Below, one piece after another: positions 50,245 to 64,000 of a stretch of DNA of 64,000 bases (positions are counted from its first letter, which is position 1; each line of letters starts with the position of its first letter). Source of the stretch: Octopus vulgaris. Taxonomy: Eukaryota. The stretch lies in NCBI GenBank assembly GCA_951406725.2, contig OX597815.1, positions 121,706,001 through 121,770,000 on the forward strand, written 5' to 3'. The notes below the pieces were generated by a model. That model saw nothing but the letters and a program-made list of their open reading frames with translations, was not told the origin of the DNA and ran no database searches. The position numbers and the translations under genes were made by a program.

Positions 50245-50995
50245 TGTGACTGCTGAGGACATGCATAGGCTTGAAAGAAATGAAACTAGTATGCTCCACT
50301 GGGTGTGACAGAGTGTAAGCACCCTGAGAGAAAAGTCAGACATAAGAAGCATCAGATGTGGTGTGCAAGAGAGATGACTGCACTGGTATGGTCATGTGTT
50401 ACGTATAGATGAGGACAGCTGTGTGAAGAAGTGTTACACCCTAACAGTGGAAGGAATCTGTGGAAGAGGTAGACCAAGGAAGACATTGGATGAGGTGGTG
50501 AAGCACAACCTTTGAATGTTGGGCCTCACAGAGGCAATGACAAGTGACCAAAACCTTTGGAGATATGTTGTGCTTGAGAAAACCTGGCGAGCCAAATGGG
50601 ATTATAGCCATAGCTGATGCCAGTGTCATATAATCAGCCCATTTAAAAGTACCCTTCAGTATGCTGTGCTTGAGAAGACCTGTTAAGTCAAGTGAAACTG
50701 TAGTTGTGGCCAATGCCAGTGACTAGCACCCATGCCTGTGGCACATAAAATGCACCATTCGAGCGTGGTTGATACTAGTGCTGCTTGACTGGCACTCCAT
50801 GCCAATGACATATAAAAGGCACCATTCGAGCATGGTCAATGCCAGTGTTGCCTGACTGGCCTCCATGCTGGTGGCACGTAAAAAGCACCCACTACACTCT
50901 TGGAGTGGTTGGCATCAGGAAGGGCATCCAACTGTAGAAACCTTGCCAGATCAGATTGGAGCCTGATGTAGCCCCCTGGCTTGCTAGTCCTCACT
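50245..50995 (+). mobile_element. RTE-clade LINE 3' fragment
   Basis: Diverged copy of 8565-9430 (LHWYGHVLRIDEDSCVKKC...EGICGRGRPRKT). Confidence 0.85.
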
Positions 50996-52354
50996 TATCT
51001 AAATTCAAGTCTCTTTATAATTGCCTAATAAGGAAATAAAAGGGATCTACACAGTTTTAGGGTCAGATTTTAGATAGTTTTGATGTTGAATAATGCATTT
51101 AACATTACATTTATATTATTTTTAAATAGCTTAAATAAATATGCTTATGCACAATAATTGATATGTTCATGTATATAGTTTAAAATGTTTTATATTATCA
51201 TGTGAGAATAATCTTAAGCTTATTTCTGCACATGAGCATAAAGTTGTTTTGTTGTAATTTTTTATGATTGTAACTGGACACAGCAATCTTTTTATCACCT
51301 GAATGTACAGCTGGAAGTGTATCTATTCAACGTGTGTGTGTGTGTGCATGCATGCATGTTTTTATAGGTGTTATTTAAGGACACAGTTTAAGTATAAAAG
51401 AATTTCCTAATAATGAATTACTAATTAAGAGTACATTAAAAACTTGCATAAGAATTTAGTTTATGCTTAGTAATTATTAAAGAAAAAGAAAGCAATTTAT
51501 AAGTAATTAAATTTATTAATCTTCTATTTAAACATATAGCTTACTTCATTTCATTGTTTTTTTCTTTCAGTTTTCTTTTTTTTTTTCATTTTTGTTTCTT
51601 ACCATTGTAAAGCAGTTGAAGCTGATGAGAAAGAATACCTAATACAGTTTGATGTCAATATAAATATTGTAAAGCTAGAATATTTCAACTGCACATGTTA
51701 ATATTTATTTATTGCAGTTGATATAAAAAATGTTGATAACATATTATGTTCTTTCTGGTATCAAAAATCTAATATATGCATTATACTTTTCGGTGTAATA
51801 CAATAAAAGCTTTAAAATAATGCCAGATAGAATTTTGGTTTATTATTGATTTTATTTTAATGATTGAGTACTTCAATTACACACTTTGTTTCTTATTTAT
51901 TACATTTTTATTATTCATTTATTAATATTTATTAATATCCTAAATCTGGTCAAAATATGACTTTTGTGAGTTTTGGAAAGCTAAAATAGGAAGAAAGCAT
52001 CTGTAAACAAATGTTCAATTTTCTTTAAAAGGAGCAAGAAACCTTTTTTTTTCTATGTTCTGATTTAAATGACTTAACAGCTGTTGTGTCTTTATTTCTT
52101 TCAGATATTACATTAGTTATTTATAAATTAAACAAGAAAATGTAATTTTATATTGTATGTGTATATGAATAAATACGTATATAGACACATACATGTATGT
52201 GTATATTTGTATAAGTTGCATTATTTCAAACAAGTGAAAGTGGAATGTTCAATATAGCGCTGTTGAGAATATGGTCTTTTGTTGAAACCAAAACTTGAGT
52301 TGCGAGACAAACTCAGTTTGTTTCAATAAAAAAACTATACATATACATATATAC

Positions 52355-52367
52355 ACACACACACGTT

Positions 52368-52412
<45 letters not shown>

Positions 52413-52432
52413 ATACATATATGTATGTATAA

Positions 52433-52480
<48 letters not shown>

Positions 52481-52505
52481 TTGTATATGTACATGTGTAT
52501 GTGTG
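52355..52505. repeat. (CA)/(TA)n microsatellite cluster
   Basis: Directly visible. Confidence 0.95.
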
Positions 52506-54075
52506 TGCTCTTTTGTTCAGTTTTATTAACATTGATATTTGTTGTAAAACTACTTAAAAAAGCAGACTTTGCATGATTTTCTATATAGCAATGTGTTGAA
52601 ATAGCCTTCAAATTGTATGGTTATTGTATTTCTGATATATTTTCTTTCTTTTTTTTCTTGTTTACTTTTTTGCATGTGTTTTGTTTTGAAGAGAAGAAAG
52701 AGCAATACCTATTTTTTTGAAACCTTTGAATTTCATACCCCTGCTCCCCACTAAAATGTATTATTATTTAGAATTCTTTAAAAAAAAAATGCCATTAATG
52801 GAAGCTTTTGCATTTTTTATAAATTGTTATAAAGCATTTCAAATTGCTGCACTTAATTTTTTTTAAATCATTGCAATGAATTTTTCAAAAAGTTTTCAAA
52901 ATATATTACTTATTGTTTGGTATTATTTGGTGTCAGGCCAAACTTTTTTTTTTTTTTTGAGAATGTATAAATTACTACAAAATCTCTAATAATAATAATA
53001 TAATACCTGCTTTCATAGGGGCATTCAAGGTAATAAATAAAGGAGAAAATTTCATAGACATGATACTAGGAAAACAATGCTTAAAAAGAAATACAAAAAA
53101 TAACACTAATGAGTATTGTGACTTTTTTACAAAAAGTACTAGCACCTTAAATTTTATGATTCTGTAGAATTTTTATTGAGCACTCATGTGTACATCTGTT
53201 TTTTTAAGAATTTATCCAGTCCCACCATTTCTTAATAACATCATATGATCATCCAGTATGTTTAAGAACAACATGTTACCTACCTCAGATGTGTAGGTGG
53301 CACTCAGATAATGTATAAATATAGCTGCTATCAAGGAAAATTTATAATAATAATAATAAAACTAATGATGATGAATCCTTAGAATTTTGGCCTTGTGTAA
53401 GAAATCGTTTTTGTAATTGTTGTTATTATTGTTGTTAGAAATTTTAAAATAATCTATGAAATGAAGAGCTTGGCCCAACACCAAATAAAGTTTTGAAAAA
53501 CTGTAGGTAACATACTCTAACAAATTTTAAAATATGCATTGTGGTGAAGTTATAAAAAAAAAATAATTTCAGCAGTTTGAAAAAAGATATGAAAGGAAAT
53601 ATTCTATTAATGCATCTATTTGAGGCATTCGAAATAATATTACATTTTTTGCTGGGGGCAAAGGTATGCACTTGAAAGGTTTAAAAAGATATAGTGTTCT
53701 TATTTTTTTATTTCTTTTTTTTTTATATTTTTCAAAAAATTAATAGTAGTATTTTAGAAATACAATAACCATGCTTGTGCTTTAAAGGGAATTTCAACAC
53801 ACTTCCATATATAGAATTTAGTTAGCATCTACTATTCTTTGTTAGAAATAGTTTTACAGCATAAACACCTTCTATATTTAGAAAAACTCCAATTTCTAAA
53901 TTCAAAATAAATAGTATCAGAATTTTTTTATTTAATATTTTTTTTTATTGGGAAATTCATATCCTAACAGTTATTTTCAATTTATTTCAAACAAATATAT
54001 CAAAATGAAATAAATAAATAATGCAATAATTTTCCTGAAAATTTTGTAATATTAGATATTTTGTTCTGTTTTTAG

Positions 54076-54206
54076 TAAATGGAACTGAAGTAGAAACTGA
54101 AGCTGCTGCCAACTGCTTATGGCTAGTGACTAATTCAAAGCCTTGCCCCAATTGTAAATCTCCCATCCAGAAGAACGAAGGATGTAACCATATGAAATGT
54201 TCTAAA
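54076..54206 (+). CDS. ANKIB1: ANKIB1-like exon (linker and RING2/Rcat with catalytic Cys)
   Basis: ttctgtttttAG acceptor, phase matches the previous exon (T+TA=Leu), donor AAA|[50 protein letters not shown]; the Ariadne-type GCNHM catalytic Cys codon is at 54183-54185. Confidence 0.95.
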
Positions 54207-54684
54207 GTAAGTTCATGGACATCTTTGAATAAAAAAGAATATTAAATTGCAAGGTTTTTTGAGAGGGGGAGCTATTTTTAAATGTTTTATTTGTTTCCTC
54301 AAGTTTTAAATCCTTTCTTAGTGTAACTGAATATTTACAAACGACTCAATTTCTATCAGTAAGTTTTGAAATTTAACACAAATCATTTACATGAAAATAT
54401 GTAACTTATTTATTTGTCAACTTCAAACTTATTTCAACAATGGAAAATGCTGAATGCCAGTTTCCTCAACATGTCATTTCTTAATCTTGAAACAAATATT
54501 TCCTGTGAATCTTTAACAAGCTGGTTTGACATTTTTGTTAATTTAAATTTTATTACTGTACATTTCTCATATTAAGTTACTCTGACATGTTGTAAAACAG
54601 AAATAGTGAAAATAGGATTATATATTTTACATATATATCTATTTTAATTAATTAGTAAATTAATTTTTTTAATATTTTTTTTAG

Positions 54685-54819
54685 TGTAAATATGATTTCT
54701 GCTGGGTCTGTTTGGAACAATGGAAACGTCACAATTCCAGTACTGGGGGCTATTTTAAATGTAACCGGTATGAAGCTGTCAAGAAAGTTGAACAACAAAC
54801 TCAGTTACTATTATCAGAG
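54685..54819 (+). CDS. ANKIB1: ANKIB1-like exon (RING2 C-terminal half)
   Basis: ttttttttAG acceptor, GAG|GTAATT donor, phase 0/0. [45 protein letters not shown]. Confidence 0.95.
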
Positions 54820-54883
54820 GTAATTAATTGTAATTGTTTCAATGTAGTATTCTACTTTTCAGAGATGTTATTTTGTGTGAATT

Positions 54884-55098
54884 AAGGTGGTGAGCTGGCA
54901 GAATTATTAGCACACCAGGCAAAGCGCTTAGCAGCATTTTGTCCATCTTTACATTCTGAGTTCAAATTCCACTGAGATCAACTTTGCCTTTCATTCTTTC
55001 AGGGTCGATAAAATAAGTACCAGTTGAACACTGGGTCTATCTGTAATTGACTAACTCCCTCTCCCGAACTTACTGGCCTTGTGCCAAAATTTGAAATT
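54884..55098 (+). mobile_element. Third SINE-like family (gagctggcagaa...ctgagttcaaattcc...ttgtgccaaaatttgaaa)
   Basis: B-box-like gagttcaaattcc. Related copies at ~5385, 13575(-), 13775(-), 28640(-), 29470(-), 55740(-) and 59258. Confidence 0.7.
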
Positions 55099-58000
55099 AA
55101 AATTTTGTGTGAATTGATCATTTGTAAAAAATTTGTTCTGAACTTTTGGCGTTGATATTTCAGAATATCAAAAATAACAGAACACTCTTTAGAAATCTTT
55201 ATGACTGAGAAAATATTGATGATAGGTGCTTTGTAAATGATGAACTTGAAATGATATTGCTGTTGTACTCTCACCATCATATGCAACCTGTAATCATAAT
55301 TATTGTCTAGATCCAAGTCTAGATGATTGGAGGAACTGGCTCATGGTTAAGACCTGGTAAGGCTTTACCATTCCTACTGAAGTTGAACTCTTCATTACTA
55401 GTTAATAAATGCATGGATTCACTGTTGACAGCCGAAAATATCCTTACTTGATGCATTTATTTATTGCAAAGTAGACTGAACAGTTTGAAAATTAAATGTC
55501 CTGGTTATGGACATAACATAGTTTTAGTGAGAGGATATTAACTACTAACTAGTTGCTTGATACCATATATACTTGGCCATCCACCCTTTCATTCTATTAA
55601 TTAATTAGTATCAAGTAAGAGTATTTTGAGTTTTATTTGTTTCAGTGGCTTAGACTGTAAGAATAGGAAGTTCTCATTACTTGTTTAAGGGTCTTAAAGT
55701 CTGATGAGCTGTCATTCTATAGCAGTATAGTAATAAATATTGGTTCCAAATTTTGGCACAAGACTAACAAGTTCAGGAAGAGGGGTTAAGATTACATTGA
55801 CCCTAGTGCTTGACTGATATTTATTTTATCAGCCCTGAAAGAATGAAAGGCAAAGTCGACCGTAGCAGAATTTGAAATCAGCATAGTAATAAATATTAAA
55901 TGATTTATGTAAGACATGACATATACCATTGAGCAATAACTGCCTTGTTATAACGAGGTGAAAATATTTAATCTTCCTTGTATTTGTTGTGTTCATTTTT
56001 CAGGTATATATAAATGAATTATTTTGTTTGCATTGGCAGTCATTAGAGCACTGATTAGAATACTTTATTCCAACTCTCTACATTCTGAGTTCAAATCCCT
56101 CTAAGGTTGACTTCACCTTTTGACCTTTTGGAATGATAGGTACTCATACAAGCCTACCATGGTGGATTGTTGGAATTGTTGGAGGGTTGCTTTCTGATAT
56201 CTGTTCTGAATCTTTGTATTCTGACAATGCCAACAGTAACACTGACACCAAGCTTTTTCAGCACAAATCAGTGGCTTTGCTCTTGGTTAAACAATAGTAG
56301 CATAGAGAAGAGACTTGCCTGTTTCAGCAACTGTCAGTTTGCTTTAAAATATTTTGAACCAGGCTTGTGCATACTTGTGGAGATCCATGGGCAACATTCA
56401 CTTACAAAGCTCTGTATCCCAAAATCATTCAATCGTATATATTTAAAAGCAACTCCACAATTTTGTTTATTTCATAGATAATTAAATATCATTGTCATCT
56501 AACAACAGCAACTTGTCATGTTGATGGATACACCACATATTGTATTCTATTGTCACTGTCCTTAGTTTAACAATCTCAGGACCATTTCTCCATTAGAACC
56601 TTGATCATAATTTCAGAAGGACATCTCAATTTATTCACCCATGGAGCAATTCTCAGATGTTGACTTGACTAGAGAGTCAATCTAGTTTTTAAATTCCTGA
56701 GAATGAAGGCCAAGTTGAGCCTGGCAGAAAATATTCTGTATGATTCTTACTATTCACTACAAGGAAGTCAGTTATTGATGAAAGGCTAGGAAGTTGCCAT
56801 GGCCTGTTTGAGGACCTGCAAGACTGATGAGATGTCATATCTGTAGCAGCATAGTAATAAATGCTAAACATTATTTGTGTAAGATGTAACATGTGCTACA
56901 GAGCAACATATGTTAAAAATGAAGATGGTCTTAGTAGTTTATCAGTAGTTGTTAAAAAGTTTCTCTTTCCTAAACACGTGAATCTTAGCTTCTCAGTTGA
57001 TTTCTGTCCAACCACCTTTAACTTTTTAAAGCTTTACTTTTCTGTGGAGATCTCCTTTAATCCTCTTTTTTGTTTGTTTATTTGGTAAATCTTCGGAAAT
57101 AATTAAAAATTGTCCAACCTGTTACTCATACAAGCCCAGGTAGTAGAATTAGTCTAATTGGTTAACTTGGATTAGTTGTGTCATAACTGTGAAGAGATAT
57201 TTTAAATATAATGTTTAAATATATAGTAAGATAAACCTAATGTTTGGAAATTGTCTATACACATTGTTTAGGACAATAACAATTTAGTAATGTCTTAGAG
57301 AAAACATACCCAAGACCTGTTTAACATTGTGAAGATAACGAAAGACATGTTTCTTCAGTTCGTAGAATTTATAGAGATTCATTGTAAGAGAAAGACACAC
57401 TAATCAGTCTGTAATTGAGCAGAAGAAAGATTGAGCTGACTTTTTAATAAAAATATTTTGGCTAAGAGGTTACTTCCCAACCATGTGTTCTTGGCTTCAC
57501 TCCCACTACACAGCACCTTGGGCAAGTGTTTTCTATTATATCCTGGCTGTCCAGTACCTTGAGAATAGATTTGATACACAGAAACTGAAAGAAGCCCATC
57601 ATATCTTTGTGTTTATGTTACTTCCTTGCCTTTACTACATGTGATAGTCATAAATATATGTTACCATCATGCAAGTGGTATCATTCGTTTCTACTTTTCC
57701 ATGAAAGCATTTTCTAGTCTTGGGGAAATATTATCTTACTTGGAAACAGGTGAGGGTTGGTGACAGGAAGGGAAGCCAACCTTAGAAAATCCACCTCAAC
57801 AAATTCTATCTGTCCCACGTGAGCATGGAAAAGTGGATGTTAAAATGATGATGATAAAGCAACAGTAATGGGATGAGCTGGATGATTACAGCATATCTTT
57901 AACAGAGAAGAAAACACAATCATATTAAAAGAAGTCTATCATGTTTAGCAGATATGGTTTCTAAGAAAAAGAAGCTTGTGTTTGTTTTTTGAATCTAGAA

Positions 58001-58827
58001 TATGATTACTTTGAGAATGCAGCATTTAAAATAATGTTTTCTCAAATATATGCATTAACTTACCACTTCAGAAGTAAACTACTGTAACCATTATTGAATA
58101 TGGATATGAATAACAGGTTCTATGTTTAGGGAAACAGTAGTCATACTTATTAATTTTAGGTTTAATTAAAGTAAAGCACTTAGTAAATCTGGACAGCTAA
58201 ATTAAATATTATCAATGTACATGTTAGGGAGAAGTACCATTACCATCATTGTTTTTATATCCCATTCTGTGCTTGTATGAGTTAGACAGAATTCACTGAG
58301 GTGGACTTTCTAGTCAAACACCCATCCTGTTTTCAGCATTCACTTGTTTCCAAGTAAGGTAATATTTTCTCATGGCCAAACATGATTTCATGAAAGATTA
58401 GAAATGAAGGGCATAGCACACATGACAGGAAAGTAATTCTTATTTACAACTGTCACATAATGTCAAGTCTGCTTGCATGCAGACACACACACATGCCTGG
58501 CTGTTTACAGTTTCCATCTTTCAAGTTCATTCACAAGGCTTTGGTCAGCCTTGTGGAGACACTTGCAAGTGCTGTGTTGAGGGACTGAAACGGAAATCAC
58601 ATGGCTGAAAAAGAAACTTCTTAACCACACAACAATGCCTGTATCTAAAGAATAAATATTTGGAACTTTATCTTCATTATCAGGTCATTGTGTATATTTT
58701 TTTAACATTTCCAATACAACTTTGGACATCTTGTTGAAGATAAGTTTTGATTGAAAGATATCTTAAAAATCATTTTATTTCATCAAGGATTTTTATTTTA
58801 TATGCATATATATTTTCTATTTCTAAG

Positions 58828-58914
58828 GCTCAAGCCAGGAATACTCAAATGCAAGAACTCAATCGGTTTGTTCATTTCTATACTCGATTTAAGAACCACG
58901 AAAATAGCTACAAG
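58828..58914 (+). CDS. ANKIB1: ANKIB1-like exon (start of Ariadne domain)
   Basis: ttttctatttctaAG acceptor (AAG type), AAG|GTAAGT donor. AQARNTQMQELNRFVHFYTRFKNHENSYK, matching the Ariadne-domain motif L-x-RF-x-H-x-Y-x-RFKNHE-x-SY. Confidence 0.92.
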
Positions 58915-60416
58915 GTAAGTTCAAGTTATGTGATTTGTAATTGGTCATTATTAAAGTTCATGAAATTAAAATCTGAAAACTCACTGTTACTTCAGAATCA
59001 CATTCAGGTGAATTAATTTGATGAGTATAAATTAATTAATGAAATGATGCGTGGTTATGGATATTAGTTCAGATAAAGTACACAACAGGTGAAATAAGTG
59101 CAAAACGAATAGTTTTTAGCAAAGAATGTCCTAGAATAGTAGAATTGAAAGCTGAACAAAAAATGCTTTCAGTCTTGTTCTACCTATCAATTAATGAGAC
59201 AAATACTTCATTAAAAAGTGTTATTGGTAAAAATTACTTTGTTATCCACATAGACATTGAGCTGGCAGAATCATTGGCAGACAAAGTGAAATGCTTACCA
59301 GTATTTCATCCATCCTTATTTTCTGAGTTCAAACTCTGTCATGGTCATCTTTGCTTTTCATATTTTCGGAGTCGATAAAATAAATATCAATCAAGCTCTG
59401 GGATCAATGTAGTTGATTTAACCACTCCTGGCTATGAATATTAAAACTGCATCCCTTTGCCAATCCATGTTGAGTCAGTGTAGCAGAGTGGGCTCATCAA
59501 ACCAGAATGATCCCAAGCTCAAATTCATGACCTCCACATCAGACCATGGTTGGTGGAGATAACATGCTAAGGCCTTTGGCCTGCAGTGGACAGAACATAA
59601 GGAATCCAATCCAATCCACAATATTTCAACGTACAGTGTAAATGTTTTGAAATTCCTTTATCTTTTGAGTTTTTGCTTCAGCCCCCTTGGATATTCTGTA
59701 GTTTAATTAGAAACAATCACCACGTGTTAAATTGTTGTATGTGTGTGAGTACCAGAAGTGTTTGTTTAAATCTCTCTCTCTCTCTCTTTATCACACACTT
59801 TTATCATCCCCTTAGTACTTCAATACAATAGAAGCTAGAAGACTGATAGAGACGTGTATCTCTTTGTTTGTCCCTCCCTGTCCCTCTCTTTCTCTCTCAT
59901 GTGCACACTTCTACCATATATCCACAGCATGACATTGTTTATCCCACAGGAATCTGTTCTTAGAACTTTAATATAATAGATCATATTGTTCATTCATGAT
60001 ATCAAATTGCTAGTGTTGTTGTTACGGTATGGGATTCTTGAGCATTCTGAGTTCAAGTTCTACTGAGGCCAACATTGTCTTTCAGACTCAATCCAGAGCA
60101 TGAGTTTGGGGGGAATTATTAAAGCATTAGTGTCTGTTCCAAACCTTTGCATTCTGACAGCAATACCTGTGATGACATTAGTGCCAAGCTGTGTCAGCCC
60201 TAAAGTACCAGCCTTTCTTTTGGATAAACACAACTAAAAGTCTTCTACATAAAAAAAACCATGCCCAGTCAAGTGTATGTATGTGCCAATGCACCCTGAC
60301 CAGTGGAGGTCCTTATCATTGACTATTTAATAACATAATAATATAATTGTTCAGCTGTGTACCAACACCTGTGAAGTATTCATTTCATTAATACTAGTTG
60401 TTAATCATTAGTGAAA

Positions 60417-60634
60417 TCCTTTTGTTACCATATTTCTGTTGAAATAAACTGCTTTTGTTTTAATTAAGTTTGAAAATAATGAAGAATTTAGCAAAATAAC
60501 TCATTATTAAAAGAGAGTTTGGAACATAAATTAACATGGAATTTTGATGGAAGGTTCTATTGTAGATCACTTTAAAACAGAAAGTTTCTATCAAGGAACC
60601 AGAGGTAGTCTTGGGTGGGTGTGTATTGAAAGGG
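60417..60634. mobile_element. TTAA-type MITE
   Basis: Same family as 33773-33993; ends gaaaggg-TTAA. Confidence 0.65.
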
Positions 60635-61462
60635 TTAAACCTATCTCGTATAGTGAATGGCATATAATGCTTTGTAGAGATCCCAATAAAAATGTAATGA
60701 TAATCATAGAAATACTACCACTTAAAAGCTATATGAAACAGAATTAGACAATTTACATCGAAAATTCTTCTTAAAAGGATTGTACAAATTCACTCTTGAA
60801 AATATCAATGTTTTATTATCCTCTGGATTTTACTTTTTCCCATCCGTTTTATGGATACAATGATCCTTTGAGGGAATATTCTGTTAGCTGCTATTACTGA
60901 TATTCTTTAACTTGCCATAAACTTTATTTTTGATTTCAAATTTAAATACTTCTAAATATTCCTTATACTAAAAAGTAATTTTAAAGAAAACTTTAAAACA
61001 CTGCCCACACACACTTTTCTCTCTCCCTCTCTCTCTCATTTCAGCATCTATAATCTATGAGCTTGGTTTATTTTCTGTTCTATTTCATGATTTAATTGCT
61101 GCTCACTTCACAAGTGAGCACATAATCTGAAGGCAAGATATTGTAATACTGGCTTTTTTTTTGTGTGTGATTTTTTTTTTAACTCCTTTCTCTCTCCTCA
61201 TTTCCACCTGTGTTTCTTTACTTCTTCCATTCTTTAGATTATCTTCACTGCTCCTTTAAGCCATTCTAAGTATTTTAAATCTTCCTGCACCTCTTCTTCT
61301 TTGAAGTTGTCTCCCACTTGTTTCATACTCTCTAACTTCCTTAATGTTTGAATTTTATCAGTTTATGAATGTAACGCAATTATATTTTTCCCCCCACCTC
61401 ACCCATGAATATATAACCAGGGGCTGTGTAAAAACAATAAACATTTGGTGTATTCTATGTAG

Positions 61463-61532
61463 CTTGAAGTACCACTCCTGAATACTGCTAAAGAAAAAAT
61501 GATGAAGTTAGCTGAAGCTGTGACTGATCATG
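61463..61532 (+). CDS. ANKIB1: ANKIB1-like exon (Ariadne domain)
   Basis: tattctatgtAG acceptor, G|GTAAGT donor. LEVPLLNTAKEKMMKLAEAVTDH, resembling ANKIB1 LExxLLxTAKEKM. No further exon was found in the window. Confidence 0.88.
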
Positions 61533-64000
61533 GTAAGTACATTCTCATAAATTTCTCTAACATTTCTAATCATCTTTTATTGTACATGCTCTTCTGAATA
61601 ATGACATAGTAACTTTACTACAAAGTTAATCTTGTTCTTAATAGTTTCTTTACTAGACACAAAATATATGCTAGTGTGGCTTTCACTTTCATTTCCAGGT
61701 TTTATTCATAACAGCTTTACCATATTTCTATTTTTGTATTTGGTTTGCAAAATTCTTGATGCGAACATATGTTGAAACGTTTTGTTGCATCTCAATAGGG
61801 TCATTATTTCAATAATAAACACACACACTGGTTCATCATCATTTATGACCTCACCAATAACAAGCTCCCTCTGCTCTATGTCTTCTGTAGGTCACAGAAT
61901 GGCTACAAAAGGACTTTGATATACCTTGCTGATTGATAGATTGTCTGAATAATTAATCAAAGAATTGGTTAGTCAATTGGTTAAATGGCTAACCAATTGA
62001 CTAATAATGATAAAAAAAACTTTTAAAAACTGTATATTTATCATTGACAAAACAGCCTTCGTGAGATACAGCAAAAGCTTTATCATTCATAATCCTCACA
62101 ATATATGGTGGGTCAGATGGCAGTCAGTGATTGTAGGTTTCTCATAAGCATAAATATAGAGATAGTTGGAAGATCATAACTATGACAGGGAATGAGCAAG
62201 AGATAAATAGAATTTGCTTTGCAGTAAAACATGCATATTAAGTTTGTATTTGAAAGATGATAGCTTGAGTCAAAACTGTACAACTTGGATGTTGGAGAAT
62301 TAAAAAGAAGATATTTTTGGAAGATAATCAAAGAATGAAATTCTTTTTTTTTCAAATCTTTTCTGGCATCTTGGACAAGCATCTTTTACCAGTCTCAGGT
62401 CAACCAATGCTCAAAGACTTATACATTATCACCTCTTTGCTTTTCATATCAGAAAGTGATATGATTTTAGTAGAAGGAACCGTATGGAATCTTGTTGTGT
62501 ATGTGTGTGCATCTTTATGTTTGTCCCCACCACCACCACTGCTCGACAGCTGGTGCTGGTTTATTTAAAATAGACCAATAGAATAAGAACTAGATGGGAA
62601 AAAGTGAAAAAAATATTGGGGTCAATTTGTTCAGCTAAACCTTTCAAGGCAGTGCCCCACCATGACCACTGTCCAGTAACTGAAACATTATTCATTATTG
62701 CTTTGTTTCTGTTTTGTCTACAACTAAACTGAGATACAAAGGTTATTGGTAGTTTGTGTATGGCTATTTGAGTGAAAGATAACTAAGATGGGTCTCTTTT
62801 CCTTATGACAGAGATAGTTGTTTGTCAATTGTTAGATGCTTTACTTCTTTCATTCATTTTATAACCATTTTTCCATATTGTATGTGTTGAATGGGGGAGT
62901 TATTTGAGATTATGATTTTTATGACCAGATGCTCTTCTTGTCTCCAACCTTTACTTGTTTCTCCAAGAAAGGAAATGTTTGCTTTTATTGCAGGGCTCCT
63001 CTAAAGAGTAGAATGACCAGTCATAATATCAACATCAACATGCTCACTCATTCACTTGTGTATACATACACAGATACATATATCATCATCATCATCATCA
63101 TCATTTAACATCTGTTTTTCTATGTTGGCATGGATGGCTCAAAGGGAGTTAGCAAGCCAGAGAACTGCACCAAGTTCCAATGTCTGCTTTGGCATGATTT
63201 CTCCAACTGGAAGCCCTTCTTAACTCCAACTACTTTACAGAGTTTACTGGGTTCCTTTTTTATATGGCACTGGCACTAGTGAGCTCACCTAGTAACAACC
63301 CCTTGACTGAAGTGTAGTATTGAGAGAGGTGGCTTTATGTTAGGTGATGAAAGGCTTATGTATGACAGAGGGACAGAAACAGATGTCTACACACACACAC
63401 ATGATTCCTGTTGTTGTGTTGCCAAATCCCCACATAAGGTATCAGTTGGCCTAGGACTATAACAGAAGACACTTAAATGACTTTATATTCTAGTCTCTCT
63501 TCATGATTCTACATATATTGCTGCGTCGTATAGTTTCCTTCTCTTACATTGAGTAACTACTATAATGAAAAGGTTTACGTGGTATTATGCATTAGAATCA
63601 AGCTGCAAATTTGCATAACAGGGGGAATTGATAAATGTTGATGTCAGCTTCAGGTACATGAGCAGCATTAATGAAACAACTCCAACTCAACTGGGTAATT
63701 GATTTAGTTCACTGGGAATTTATTGCTGTTTAATGGATATCGGAATAACTGGAAGAGATCCGTGTGATCTTTTTTTTTTTTTCAATTGAGTTGATGTAGA
63801 TTAATACTTTGGAAGGCAAATGTGGGCAAGAGGGGTTCTGAAGAAGAAAGATTAAATAATCAAATAATGAGCTTAGTACAGAATATCAGAAGTTATATGC
63901 AATGGATTTGAAGATAGATCTGGAGCATTAAATAGATTTAGGTGACATTAAGGAAGAGCGAAAGACATTGTGTCAAAGAGGTAAAGAATGAATACAACTT

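Noticed and set aside
61880-61920. tcttctgtAG as acceptor of the next ANKIB1 exon
   Set aside because: It lies in an interspersed repeat, and the translation does not continue the Ariadne domain.

Overview
AT-rich, repeat-dense animal genomic DNA; the repeat landscape (microsatellite-bearing tRNA-derived SINEs, RTE LINE tails ending in (GAT)n, Penelope elements) suggests a coleoid cephalopod such as Octopus (inference). The whole window lies inside one + strand gene, an ANKIB1-like (Ariadne-family RBR E3 ubiquitin ligase) gene. Six coding exons (688 nt: IBR, RING2/Rcat and the start of the Ariadne domain) join in frame through GT-AG introns of 12.3, 35.6, 0.5, 4.0 and 2.5 kb; the gene's start and end lie outside the window. 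Almost all listed ORFs are spurious microsatellite or repeat frames. The introns hold decayed Tc1/mariner transposons, a Penelope retroelement with a 12-bp TSD, RTE and RLE-type LINE fragments, a non-autonomous Helitron, MITEs and many SINEs. The best leads are an in-frame 18-nt microexon candidate that would split an IBR CxxC motif, a poison-exon candidate, a Penelope 3' end combining a tRNA-like Pol III promoter, a hairpin and a hammerhead half-core, variant minimal hammerhead motifs, and long intronic fold-backs that could be ADAR substrates. None of these leads is proven from sequence alone.
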